Positions 1 through 9,833 of a stretch of 64,000 bases of DNA are shown piece after piece. Position numbers and translations under genes: made by a program. Source of the stretch: Candidatus Bathyarchaeia archaeon (GTDB lineage: Archaea > Thermoproteota > Bathyarchaeia > 40CM-2-53-6); NCBI GenBank assembly GCA_050013255.1, contig JBEKFP010000001.1, forward strand, positions 736,001 to 800,000, given 5' to 3'. Position 1 is the stretch's first letter. Each line of letters starts with the position of its first letter. The notes under the pieces are model-generated. The model had not been told where the DNA came from, searched no databases, and worked only from the letters and a program-made list of their open reading frames with translations.

Positions 1-918
1 GTTGTGTCAACAAGTACAAGCTCCACGACTGTTACGACACTAGTAACACAGTCTGTGACTATTACTACTATTACTAATACGGCAACTCGCAGTGTGGTTG
101 TTACCACTACGACGGTTTCTACCCAGTCCGTGACCGCGACAAAAACAATTGCAACTCAACAAGTCGTATTTACTACGATAGCAACAACTCGGTCTTTGAC
201 CGCAACTAACACTGTAACTCAGTCTGCAACTGTAACTAACACCGTGACTCAGTCTGCGACGTCGACTACGACTGGGTCCACGGCTACGGTGGCTTCGACT
301 ACTACGGCGTCTACTGAGACTGTGATTTCCACTACCACAGCTCCAACTGTGACGACGACGCCTACTCAAACTAAGTCTGCGACAATCACAAACACTGTTA
401 GCGTTACCAATACTAAGACCGCTACGGCGACAATTACTAACACTAAAACTTCAACCCGATCCGCTACGACTACAAGTACCACAACCGCGACTGCGACCGC
501 AACTAAGACTACAACTCAACCTGCAACCGTGACCAGTACTCAATCGGTTACGATAGTTGTCGCGGCTTCTACGGTTACGGTGACTCCAACTCATACTGCG
601 GCTACCGTGACCACAACACCCATAACGACCGCCCCTACCGCAACTGTGACCAATACTAAGACTCAATCTGCAACTGTCACTAGCACTCTATCTGCAACCG
701 TAACGAACACTAAGACTACATCTGCAACGGTTACAGTGTTAGTCATAGGTTCTACGATTACCCAGACTGCTTCGGCAACGGTCACGAATACCGCGACGCT
801 GACCACAACGGCGTCTACCGAATCCGTCACATTGACTACGACCGCTTCGGAGACTGTTACTACGACTCCGGGTTCCACTGTAACAGTTACAGAAACCACC
901 ACGGTGACAACTAGCTAA
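1..918 (+). CDS. Thr/Val/Ser-rich low-complexity surface/stalk protein, 3' part (5' end outside window)
   Basis: Frame is open from base 1; very Thr-rich with (A)TVTNT(V/K)TQS repeats; the first ~60 aa align with the 1648..2685 protein. Confidence 0.8.
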   Translation, partial: VVSTSTSSTTVTTLVTQSVTITTITNTATRSVVVTTTTVSTQSVTATKTIATQQVVFTTIATTRSLTATNTVTQSATVTNTVTQSATSTTTGSTATVASTTTASTETVISTTTAPTVTTTPTQTKSATITNTVSVTNTKTATATITNTKTSTRSATTTSTTTATATATKTTTQPATVTSTQSVTIVVAASTVTVTPTHTAATVTTTPITTAPTATVTNTKTQSATVTSTLSATVTNTKTTSATVTVLVIGSTITQTASATVTNTATLTTTASTESVTLTTTASETVTTTPGSTVTVTETTTVTTS

Positions 919-1205
919 ACAACAACCGCTTGAAGCGGCGGATGCGCGCCTCTCCGTTTCCTCTTTGAAGATAGGGCTCGAGCTATCCAGAAATCCTCAA
1001 AGGCTCTACGTGCTTGGTGGGACAGGCTTAGAGAAAAAGTCATGCTAGCTCTGTGACTTTCTCTTGAATAATCTTCCAGGCTAACGCTGTGTCTTCCCGC
1101 GTGGTCTTCAGGTTGCGGATGGCAAATCGAATTCGGAATCTTCCTCTCAGCATAGCGTGATTTCTTGAACTGCGTTTGTGGCATGGTGAATGAATGTGAC
1201 GTACT

Positions 1206-1337
1206 ATGATGATCACTCCGACCGAGACTGCGTCCATAGTCACTACGACTACAACTGTAACAGCGGCTGCGACGATGATGAGCAGGGAGACTCATACTAC
1301 CACTGAAACCGTTATAGTGAAAATCACGAGCACTTAA
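1206..1337 (+). pseudogene. Short Thr-rich remnant (43 aa) resembling the C-terminus of the neighbouring Thr-rich proteins
   Basis: Hand translation MMITPTETASIVTTTTTVTAAATMMSRETHTTTETVIVKITST*; in-frame TGA just upstream; not in ORF track. Confidence 0.4.
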
Positions 1338-1647
1338 CTGCTAAGTTCCTGTATCGCCCTCCTTTGAGGCGCTGCGTAGGTCTGGGATAGAAGAATTTTC
1401 GAGCCTGATTCAAGCTTAGGTTAACCCTCAAGTATCGGAAGAAGCCCGCCCTGGTTTGAACGCTCATTATCCCCCCGTTTTTCTCAATCTACCTCTAATA
1501 TGCGGTCGTGGATCCGTTGCTGCGTTGCTGTATATTGGGGGAAGGATGCGCGCCTAGGCTAGATGCCTTCTTACATGGAACTCAGATAATGACTAAATGC
1601 AAGGACGCATACTAGCGTTCATTTACGCCAGTTCAGGCTGAGTAACC

Positions 1648-2685
1648 GTGCCAGAAAACACTGTCGAATCGCAACAAAGCGTTCCGGCTAGAGGTAATGC
1701 CGCACGGTACGTCGCGTACGCAGTTTTGGCGGTAGCGATCACAGCTTTCATTATCGGATTTCTTGCCACGCCAGGCTTCTCACAAGGGTTAGGGGTCAAC
1801 GCTGTTGTAACGACCGTGACGCAAGCAACCACGGCAGTAACCACTGTGACTATTAGCACGACTCCGGCCACTACCGTAGTTTCTACGGTTAATACGCCGG
1901 TAACGACGCTAACTATTCCGGTGACCCTAGGCACCACAGTTACAACGATTATAACAGTAGTTTCTCAGCCCACTATTGTTTCCATCGTGGTTTCTCAGCC
2001 TGTTACTGTGCAGATCGTCGTATCGCAGCCCGTCACTCTGAGCACCATAATAACGGTAACCCCAGCTACCACAACTACGACTCAGCCGACCACGGTAGCA
2101 ACGACGACGACCACAACTACGCAGACAACGCCAGAGACGACTTTTACGCCAACTACAACGGCTCCGACAACTACCGTTACGCCAACCGCAACCGTGTTTA
2201 CAACAACTACGACGACACTTACAGCAACCGCGGTTCAACGCACGATCTCTGTGTCAACGAGTATGAGTGCTACGACTGTCACGGTTAGGGTAACTCAGTC
2301 TACGACTATTACTACTACCTTGCCTCGCACTGCAGTTGTCACGGTTTCAACTCAATCCGTGACAGTCCTAAGAACAGTTGCAACTCAGCAGGTGGTGTTT
2401 ACGACAACGGCCGCAACTAAACCTGTGACTGTAACCAGCACTTCAACTATGACTCAATCTGCCACTCGCACTGTGAATGTAGCCACCATAACAATTGCCA
2501 CAACTACGCAAACCCAAACACAAGTCGCAATAACCTTCACACTCACCACGGCTACTCAAACTCAAACTCAAACAGCCGCAACCGTGACCTATACGACAGT
2601 CACAAATGTCAGAACTCAAATTGTGGCTACGATCACGTACACTACCACTACTGTAACCGGAACTATCACTTACGTCACGACATAA
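1648..2685 (+). CDS. Membrane-anchored Thr/Val-rich surface protein
   Basis: N-terminal hydrophobic helix (YVAYAVLAVAITAFIIGFLA) followed by ~290 aa of T/V-rich repeats (IVVSQPVT x3, TQTQT). Confidence 0.8.
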   Translation: MPENTVESQQSVPARGNAARYVAYAVLAVAITAFIIGFLATPGFSQGLGVNAVVTTVTQATTAVTTVTISTTPATTVVSTVNTPVTTLTIPVTLGTTVTTIITVVSQPTIVSIVVSQPVTVQIVVSQPVTLSTIITVTPATTTTTQPTTVATTTTTTTQTTPETTFTPTTTAPTTTVTPTATVFTTTTTTLTATAVQRTISVSTSMSATTVTVRVTQSTTITTTLPRTAVVTVSTQSVTVLRTVATQQVVFTTTAATKPVTVTSTSTMTQSATRTVNVATITIATTTQTQTQVAITFTLTTATQTQTQTAATVTYTTVTNVRTQIVATITYTTTTVTGTITYVTT

Positions 2686-3178
2686 GCAAAGGCTGAATAT
2701 CCCCGAATTCTACGCGCCGCATAGCCAGAAGGTTTACTCTCATCATTCGGTACGCTCGAATCCTCTCGGTCGCGCTCCAGTCGAAGCGCAGTCTGCATAC
2801 GAATATTCCCAAAGGAAACCATTAGCTGGTCCCTGTAAACGCTCGGTGGCACTGAATCCCTAAGGTTAGTAGTAGTTGTGTTGCACAAAACAACAGTTAA
2901 ATAGAAAGCCTGACTCCATTCGAGGAGGAAGGAAGGGGCAATCCAACGCGGAGATCAGGAATGAGCGAATTCGGACGAATTTTCGGCCAGGGGATTGGTT
3001 TCGGGTCGATTCTGATTACTAGCTCTGCTGTTTCATCCTCTTTTCATCAACATTGCACTCTTAGGGAAGGGAAATTATACAAGATGGTGTCAGCAAGGCA
3101 AAGTAACCCATTACTTCCTTGCCTGAGTTTGTTTGGGTACGCTATTTCATTGAGGTTTACTAGGGGAAATTTGGATCG

Positions 3179-6100
3179 TTGACAAAGCGTAAGGCCAAAT
3201 CATCTAGGAATCGTAAGGTCAACCCGCTATTCCTACTACTCCTGCTCGCTACGGCGTTTATTCTGGTCTTCTCAACGGTACAAATTCCCGTAAGCGCAGT
3301 ACAGATTTCGCTGTCGCCCCCGAACGGCCCTATTGCGACTCCTGTCACAGTAAGTGGTAGCGCATTCTCAGCTCTTGATAATAGCTGTACTATAACAAGC
3401 GGTACGTCCGGGCTGATAGCTCCAGGTTATGGATGCTCCATAACGCTAGGATCGGGAACCGTAAGCGGCACATTCTCGGTGGGTCCAGGCATCGGGCCTG
3501 GGGGTTACACGGTTACTGTGACTGGCTTCGCCTCCGGCGTCCAGAAGGATTCTGCGTCCTCAACCTTCACTGTGCTTCAACCGACAATTACCTTAACGCC
3601 TCAGTCGGGTCCGACCGGTACAGTTGTAAACGTAAAGTCGGGGGGCGTTAAGTTCAGCGTAGGGGAAACGGGTTGTTCTATTACCAGCCTACCGGCGAGT
3701 TTGACGAATCCTCCGCCGTCAGCTTGTTCGGTTTCAAGCGGAACTGTAACTGGGCAATTTCAAGTGAATGGCGCCGCAACGCCGGGATCCTACGAAGTCG
3801 ACGTTACGGGAACGTCTAGCGGCGCTATCGCTTCAGCTATCTTTACGGTCACGTCAGGGGCAACTGTAATCTCCGTCACTCCGACGGACGGCCCAATCCA
3901 CACGCAGGTAAAACTACAAGGAAGTGGTTTTACTTCTATTGACACGAGTTGCCAAATCACCGCATCACTTGCAAATCTCATCGCGGCGAGCCCTGCACCA
4001 ACTTGCAGCATGGGTTCTGGAAAAATGACCGGAACATTCTACGTTGGTGTCGCTGTAGTCGCTAACACTGGTGCCGTGATCACAGTTACCGGGACGCCTG
4101 GTGGCGACTCTGCTAGTGTGGCTTTCACTGTCGACGGAAGCCCGGTAATCGGCTTTACACCGCCATCTCCAGCGCCTACTGGCACGACAGTCGTGGTAGG
4201 CATAACCGGGGGTCAATTCAGTAGCGGTGACACAATTACTACACCTACGTGCACAATAAGCGCCAGCCCGGGCGGGCTCTTCAGTTCTTCTGCATGTGCC
4301 ATAGGGTCAGGGGGCACCGTATTGAGTGGCACATTCTTCGTTGTCGCTAATGTCGCGTCGGGCAGCACATATACCGTAACGGTGAAGGGTACCCTAGGCG
4401 ATTTCGCATCAGCGACTTTCACCGTTGCTCCTCCTCCATCTGGGGCCGCGATATACCTCAACCCCTCAGACGGCCCTGTAGGTACCGCGGTGACAGTTAC
4501 GGGTACAGGGTTTCCAAGTCAAGATCCAACCTGCACTCTAACATCTTCCGCTCTCCTCTTCTCTTCTTCACCGACGCCTACCTGCAGCATTAGCTCAGGT
4601 AAGATCACTGCTTCATTCAAGGTTGCCACCGGCGCCACTCCATTGAATAATCCATTTACGGTTACGGTCACCAGCAGCAGCGGGGCGGCTGCCTCACAAA
4701 GTTTCATAGTTGACCCGACTCCGATATTATTGCTTACAGGTCCTACGTCCCCGGGTTCCACGGTGCTGGTTAGCCTTGGTAACCCCCCTGCATTTAGCAG
4801 CGGTGACTCTTCTTCCTGCACAATTTCCTCAAGTCCTGGTGGTCTTTTCAAGTCGTCCGCTTGCTTCCTATCGCAGGGCCCACCGCAAAGTTTGGCGGGT
4901 ACTTTCTTTGTTGTCGCCAACGTCGCAACGGGCAGCACCTATATCATTACAGTTAAGGGTTCATTGGGTGACAGTGGTTCAAGTGCCAGTTTCACCGTGA
5001 CGTCTACGACTGGGCCAATATTGGTTGTTACGCCATCAGATGGCCCAAGGGGGGCGAAGATCACCGTTCAAGGAACTGGCTTCTTAAGTATAGACACGAG
5101 TTGCATCATATCTTCAACTTCTGCGGGATCGACGCCCAATATTATCACCTCGCAAAGTTGCAGCGTATCAACAACCACCGGCGTAGTCAGCGGCTCATTC
5201 ATAGTCCTCTCCGGCGCGGACCTGACAGGAAACCCATATACTATCACTGTAACTGGCAGTAGCGGCGACCTCGCGTCCTTTACACCTTTCACCGTCGACT
5301 CAACTCCAACTCTAGCGTTTTCGGTTGGGCCACCCGCCACTCCTGGCACAACTGTTCAAGTATCCATTGCGAATCCTCCTGCGCAATTCAGCAGTGGGGA
5401 CACCTCCTGCTCGATCAGCTCTCTGTCTTCCGGTTTGTTCGCCAGTTCGGCTTGCCGTATAGGATCGGCGGGAACTGATTTGACGGGTACCTTCTTCATT
5501 GTAGCCAGCGTTCCCAGTGGGAGCAGCTACACGGTTGTTGTTACAGGCAATTTAGGTGACACCGCAACAGGGACCTTTTCCGTCACCGTTGGATTATCAC
5601 TTACACTGACTCCCTCGTACGGTTCTCCGGGAGACAAGATTTCGATTGTAGCCAGGGGTCTGCTTGTGACCGACACGTCCTGCAGCATAACATCAAACAA
5701 TGGCGCTAATGGTGCTCCTCTAATAACCTCTCCCGCATGTTCCATCAGCGCTGGAACCGGAACGGGAACGTTCATCGTGGGTCCAACCGCTACTGCTGAT
5801 AGTACATGGACGGTAACTGTGACGGGCAACCCGGGGGGTGACTTAGTCCCCACAGGTTTCACAGTTGTCCCAACGATAACCATCACACCTACAAATGGCG
5901 TCGTCAGCACGCCCGTATCATTTACCGGATCCGGATTCGACAGCTCGACTGCAACGGCTTGCACTGTGTCAATCCTGCCAGTAGTCGCTTTTACAGCCCC
6001 CGGCCCCGGTTGCAATTTTGTTGTCCCGCCTCCTAACGGGAACGGCCAGGTCACTGGCACTTTCACGATTGCCCCAGGGGCGCCTGCAGGTACTTATGTT

Positions 6101-6805
6101 ATCACTGTAACTGATAATTCCATTTTTGCTTTTGCAGCGTCGGCAAGTTTCACCCTTGGTACGCCAATTGCGCAGGTTACGATTTCACCGAATGTTGCTC
6201 TGCCGGGTACTACCGTTGGGGTCTCCGGTTTCGGGTTTAATGGAAATGATGCGAGCTGCACGATTTCCCCGATAGCCGGCGTCATAGCGAGTGCGCCATG
6301 TAATATCTCTGGAGGAACAGCAGGGGGGTCCGTGACCCTTTCCCCGACGGCGCCTGCAGGTACATACCTCATCACGGTTACTGGAAATCTTGGGGATTTT
6401 GCTTCGAACTATTTGGTGGTCATCCTTCTGACTGGGACTCTCACTTCGATAACGACAACATCCACAACAAGCATTACAAGCACAACTTACACAACCATGA
6501 CAACCTCCACTTCTCAATCGCTTACATTCACAACTTTCACTTTCACAGGTATCTCGACGGCGGTCAGCTACGCCCTAACTACACAGACCTTTACGGGTGA
6601 GTCCACGGCCGCGATGATTTCGACGACCACGTCGATATTCACATCTGTTCAAGCCACCGTAACAACGGTAGCAACGACGACTAGCACGCTGGGTCAGGTG
6701 ATTCGGCCTGTGTTTGGGTCAAACCAAACGGCTTATGACGTCGTGGGTTTGATTGCGGTGTTTATGCTGCTCGGGTCGATGGTTCTTAGGAGGTTAGTCT
6801 TTTGA
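3179..6805 (+). CDS. Large surface protein with 11 tandem IPT/TIG-like Ig-fold repeats, Ser/Thr stalk and C-terminal TM anchor
   Basis: Signal peptide; ~90-95 aa repeats (lxPxxGpxGtxVxvxGxgF...C...C...GtFxV...YxvxVxG...FtV); C-terminal VVGLIAVFMLLGSMVLRR. Confidence 0.85.
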   Translation: MTKRKAKSSRNRKVNPLFLLLLLATAFILVFSTVQIPVSAVQISLSPPNGPIATPVTVSGSAFSALDNSCTITSGTSGLIAPGYGCSITLGSGTVSGTFSVGPGIGPGGYTVTVTGFASGVQKDSASSTFTVLQPTITLTPQSGPTGTVVNVKSGGVKFSVGETGCSITSLPASLTNPPPSACSVSSGTVTGQFQVNGAATPGSYEVDVTGTSSGAIASAIFTVTSGATVISVTPTDGPIHTQVKLQGSGFTSIDTSCQITASLANLIAASPAPTCSMGSGKMTGTFYVGVAVVANTGAVITVTGTPGGDSASVAFTVDGSPVIGFTPPSPAPTGTTVVVGITGGQFSSGDTITTPTCTISASPGGLFSSSACAIGSGGTVLSGTFFVVANVASGSTYTVTVKGTLGDFASATFTVAPPPSGAAIYLNPSDGPVGTAVTVTGTGFPSQDPTCTLTSSALLFSSSPTPTCSISSGKITASFKVATGATPLNNPFTVTVTSSSGAAASQSFIVDPTPILLLTGPTSPGSTVLVSLGNPPAFSSGDSSSCTISSSPGGLFKSSACFLSQGPPQSLAGTFFVVANVATGSTYIITVKGSLGDSGSSASFTVTSTTGPILVVTPSDGPRGAKITVQGTGFLSIDTSCIISSTSAGSTPNIITSQSCSVSTTTGVVSGSFIVLSGADLTGNPYTITVTGSSGDLASFTPFTVDSTPTLAFSVGPPATPGTTVQVSIANPPAQFSSGDTSCSISSLSSGLFASSACRIGSAGTDLTGTFFIVASVPSGSSYTVVVTGNLGDTATGTFSVTVGLSLTLTPSYGSPGDKISIVARGLLVTDTSCSITSNNGANGAPLITSPACSISAGTGTGTFIVGPTATADSTWTVTVTGNPGGDLVPTGFTVVPTITITPTNGVVSTPVSFTGSGFDSSTATACTVSILPVVAFTAPGPGCNFVVPPPNGNGQVTGTFTIAPGAPAGTYVITVTDNSIFAFAASASFTLGTPIAQVTISPNVALPGTTVGVSGFGFNGNDASCTISPIAGVIASAPCNISGGTAGGSVTLSPTAPAGTYLITVTGNLGDFASNYLVVILLTGTLTSITTTSTTSITSTTYTTMTTSTSQSLTFTTFTFTGISTAVSYALTTQTFTGESTAAMISTTTSIFTSVQATVTTVATTTSTLGQVIRPVFGSNQTAYDVVGLIAVFMLLGSMVLRRLVF

Positions 6806-7869
6806 GTAAGGCGAAGCAGGGAAGGCATCTGCACTCCGTAGTCCTGCAGCTGGCCGTAGTGATCGTATCCGTATTGGCTCTATCCGCGCTTGTCACTTCA
6901 CCCGCGACTGGAGTTTTGGGGCCCTTCAGTCTTACTACGCCGCCTCCCACGACAACGTTTTCCACGAGTACGACTACTACTAGTACGTTTTTCACAACGT
7001 CGACATCGACTCCTGTGACATCCACTTCTTTCACATCGGTAACGTCTACAAGCACGTTCGTCTCGTCCAGCTCCTCGTTCACTTCCACGCAAACATTGAC
7101 GAGTACTTCTTACAGTTCATCATCGGTCTACACGAATACTGTTACAACCCCCACAACGACCACTACGACAGCTATTCAACCCTTCACTACGACGGCAACA
7201 TCATTCATCACGAGCACGGCTCTTCCTTCTGTTGGTTGCCCCGTGGCTTTCGCTACGTCTGGTACTCCCTTGGAGCCTTATGCGAATTTCCTTAGGGGCT
7301 TCCGTAACAATCAAATCCAGAACACAACAGCGGGGCGCATGTTCATGCAAACCTTCAATGGTTGGTATTACAGTTGGGCGCCTTCAGTCACTTATGCCGC
7401 AGCTAAGAACAGTTTATTCCTTGATGTGTTGCGGGTGGGCGTTTACCCACTCATCGGAATCCTATACGCAGCCTACTTCTCCTACGCCGTCGTATCGCCC
7501 ATAAGCGCCGAGGCGGGTGTCCTAGCGGCGGGCGTGGTTGCGGCCTCGCTGATAGGCCTAGTCTACATAGCTCCGGTTGCGTACGTGAGTCTACGGCTGG
7601 TTCGGCGCCGAACAAAATTCCTGACGCTCGCGAAGGCACACTTACTCCCAGCCTACGGATGGGTCGCTGCTAGCGCCTTAATGATTGGCTTCGCATACGT
7701 GTCCGGGTCCGCATTGTTGATGGGTCTAGGAACGGCCAGTCTGACGCTATCAATGCTCAGCGTTGGAAGTTTTCTCGGTGCCCTAGCTTTGACTTCAGCT
7801 CAATTCCCAGTCGTAAACCTACATGCCAAGGCCTTCGCAGTCAGACGTATGGCTCGACCGCTACACTGA
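6802..7869 (+). CDS. CFI-box-CTERM domain protein (signal/TM, Ser/Thr stalk, multi-TM C-terminal domain)
   Basis: GCPVAFATSGTPLEPYANFLRGFRNNQI...GRMFMQTFNGWYYSWAP matches the CFI-box-CTERM pattern; start overlaps the upstream stop (TTGA). Confidence 0.75.
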   Translation: MSKAKQGRHLHSVVLQLAVVIVSVLALSALVTSPATGVLGPFSLTTPPPTTTFSTSTTTTSTFFTTSTSTPVTSTSFTSVTSTSTFVSSSSSFTSTQTLTSTSYSSSSVYTNTVTTPTTTTTTAIQPFTTTATSFITSTALPSVGCPVAFATSGTPLEPYANFLRGFRNNQIQNTTAGRMFMQTFNGWYYSWAPSVTYAAAKNSLFLDVLRVGVYPLIGILYAAYFSYAVVSPISAEAGVLAAGVVAASLIGLVYIAPVAYVSLRLVRRRTKFLTLAKAHLLPAYGWVAASALMIGFAYVSGSALLMGLGTASLTLSMLSVGSFLGALALTSAQFPVVNLHAKAFAVRRMARPLH

Positions 7870-8040
7870 AGGATTAGGCAAAACCGTCTTTCTTTACCTG
7901 TTTCATCAAATGCTCTCGAGCCAGCTGGATACGCACGTACTCTTCCTCCAGCCCATTGTCGAGGGGTTGGAGTTGGTCTAGGTCCCAAATTGCTTCCGTA
8001 AGTTTTTGGATGATGATTCGAATTCGGTCGTTTCTACCCG

Positions 8041-8628
8041 TCATTTGACTATTGATTCCAACGGGACGTACGTGTCCGTGTCATGGACGGCTGGCATTTT
8101 GGCGATTCGGTTTTCGACGATGCTTGCTATACGTTGTGGGGGCGGGTTGATCATGCTCTTTTCGACTTCGAGCTCGGCGAGTACGTCCGCTTTCCCAAAG
8201 AGCAAGTAGACGCCGCGCACTTCTGGGACTTCGAGTAGTTTGCGCATCAGTTCTTGGGATTTGCCTGCGTCGCTGGAGACGAAGATGAAGCCTTTGGCGG
8301 TGGGGCGTTCGATGGCCTGCGTTGGGCGGAGTTCTGATTCGATTGGTATGATTGTTCTCGTGTCGATAACGTCTCCGGCCTTCCTGATCTTTTCGGTAAC
8401 GAGTTCCACGACTTTTCGACGGGGGTCCAGTTCGGTTTCTGTGGATTCTAAGGCAACGAGGAGGTCGAATTTGCCTGTGATGAGGTGGATCTCTACGACT
8501 TCGGGCAGGTCCTTGAAGCGGTTCCGGACGTCTTTCTCCTTGCCCGGTTTCGTTTTCACTAGGAGGAAACTTCTCAAACCAATCACAAGCTGAGCCTTTT
8601 CACAGAGCTCTTGAGGCAGTGGCGTCAT
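8041..8628 (-). CDS. Tandem Lrp/AsnC ligand-binding (RAM) domain protein lacking HTH
   Basis: Two copies of F(L/I)(L/F)V...GK...PEV....L.(T/F)GK.D.L..LE...I.K...V.DT.T..P.ES; real start probably the TTG at MRSFLLV. Confidence 0.8.
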   Translation of the reverse strand: MTPLPQELCEKAQLVIGLRSFLLVKTKPGKEKDVRNRFKDLPEVVEIHLITGKFDLLVALESTETELDPRRKVVELVTEKIRKAGDVIDTRTIIPIESELRPTQAIERPTAKGFIFVSSDAGKSQELMRKLLEVPEVRGVYLLFGKADVLAELEVEKSMINPPPQRIASIVENRIAKMPAVHDTDTYVPLESIVK

Positions 8629-8868
8629 ATAAGTTAGCCCGTACAGAAATTTGTTTTCAATATTCTTTCATCATATTAGCTTTGATTTTTCCTAGATTCT
8701 GAGTACCAGGGTTGTTCCATTCCCTTCATGGAAGAATGTTTGTGGACTCGTTGGTTTGCTCATTCGAGTTGTAAATCGGAGAAGTGATTGAGTCGGTAGT
8801 TAATCTATCCAATGAGCCACGGTCAGTTAAGTTTTCACACCTTAAAAGCAGACAAATTCGTCAGCCTC

Positions 8869-9276
8869 TTAGTGAATTAGGAGGGAGTCTATGGAGAGTG
8901 GGCCGGCCCCTAGTATTAGGAGGGCGAGTCCGAGCATTAGGTATGTTATGTCAATCTCGTAGGAGTTCTGTCCCATGTAAGGGGCCTTTATCTTCTTTCT
9001 CTTCAGGATAATTGCGCCCGCCATCTCCAACGCGATGAAGAACCCGACAATCGGTACAAGGAAACCTATGATTAAGGATAGGCCACCGAAGAACTCCAGA
9101 ATGATGGCTAAGTAGGTTAAGACCGCTGGGACGCCGAGGCTCTTAGTCCATTGCAGGGTCTGCTGCCTACCCTTACCGATCTTAGGATAACCGTGTGCAA
9201 TAAAATTGGCCCCCACCCAAATCCTCAACAATAATGCGAGCCAACCAGTGTACGGCAAGAGGAGCCATCCACTCAA
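8869..9276 (-). CDS. DoxX family membrane protein
   Basis: LLLRIWVGANFIAHGYPK...LEFFGG...GAGPLSID. Confidence 0.9.
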   Translation of the reverse strand: MSGWLLLPYTGWLALLLRIWVGANFIAHGYPKIGKGRQQTLQWTKSLGVPAVLTYLAIILEFFGGLSLIIGFLVPIVGFFIALEMAGAIILKRKKIKAPYMGQNSYEIDITYLMLGLALLILGAGPLSIDSLLIH

Positions 9277-9387
9277 CGCATCTAAACCTCCATGTTCTCG
9301 TAAAGGTTCGATGTAGTGTAGTGATGCGTGTGCGGCGATATGTACTTGGCGTTAGAAACGTGAGGAGGGTGCCACTGCTCTTGGTGG

Positions 9388-9681
9388 TTACTTCTTAATG
9401 TTTTGCAGTCCTTTCTGGAGGTCCGCTAATTCCATGACTGGTTCGAAGTCGAGCTTGCAGTTGAACATCATCCAGAGAGGTTCGGCGATGGTTGCTATCA
9501 TATCCGCGCTTTGCAGGTTCACTATCATGTAGATCCCCCTCTCCCCATCTATGGAAGAGAAGTAGACTGCATCCGGTTTGATTTGGTTCAGAACGCCTTC
9601 GAGTTTCTTCGGAAAGCTAGGGTCTTGCAGCAGTTTGTTTCCGTATTCCGTTGGCATATGCAATCGAAGTAGGAATTTCAT
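9388..9681 (-). CDS. Small ferredoxin-like-fold conserved protein (DUF3303/GYD-like)
   Basis: KPDAVYF...GERG.Y.IVN...IAEPLW...PVM..DLQKGL pattern. Confidence 0.65.
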   Translation of the reverse strand: MKFLLRLHMPTEYGNKLLQDPSFPKKLEGVLNQIKPDAVYFSSIDGERGIYMIVNLQSADMIATIAEPLWMMFNCKLDFEPVMELADLQKGLQNIKK

Positions 9682-9833
9682 GGCGCATCTAGGCGGCGAA
9701 TCTACGGCTCACGTTATTATGGGTTACGTCATTTCGCGTCGCCGTCTTTGTTTCTTCGGTTTCATGGTTGGAGAACAGGCCCACTGCTTAAAGCCGGTCG
9801 AGTTTGATTTTCTTCGCGGTTCGGGGTTCATGG

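Noticed and set aside
40-7092. Many Arg/Ser/Cys-rich or Val-rich alternative-frame and antisense ORFs over the surface genes
   Set aside because: Expected shadows of Thr/Ser-rich (ACN/TCN) codon repeats
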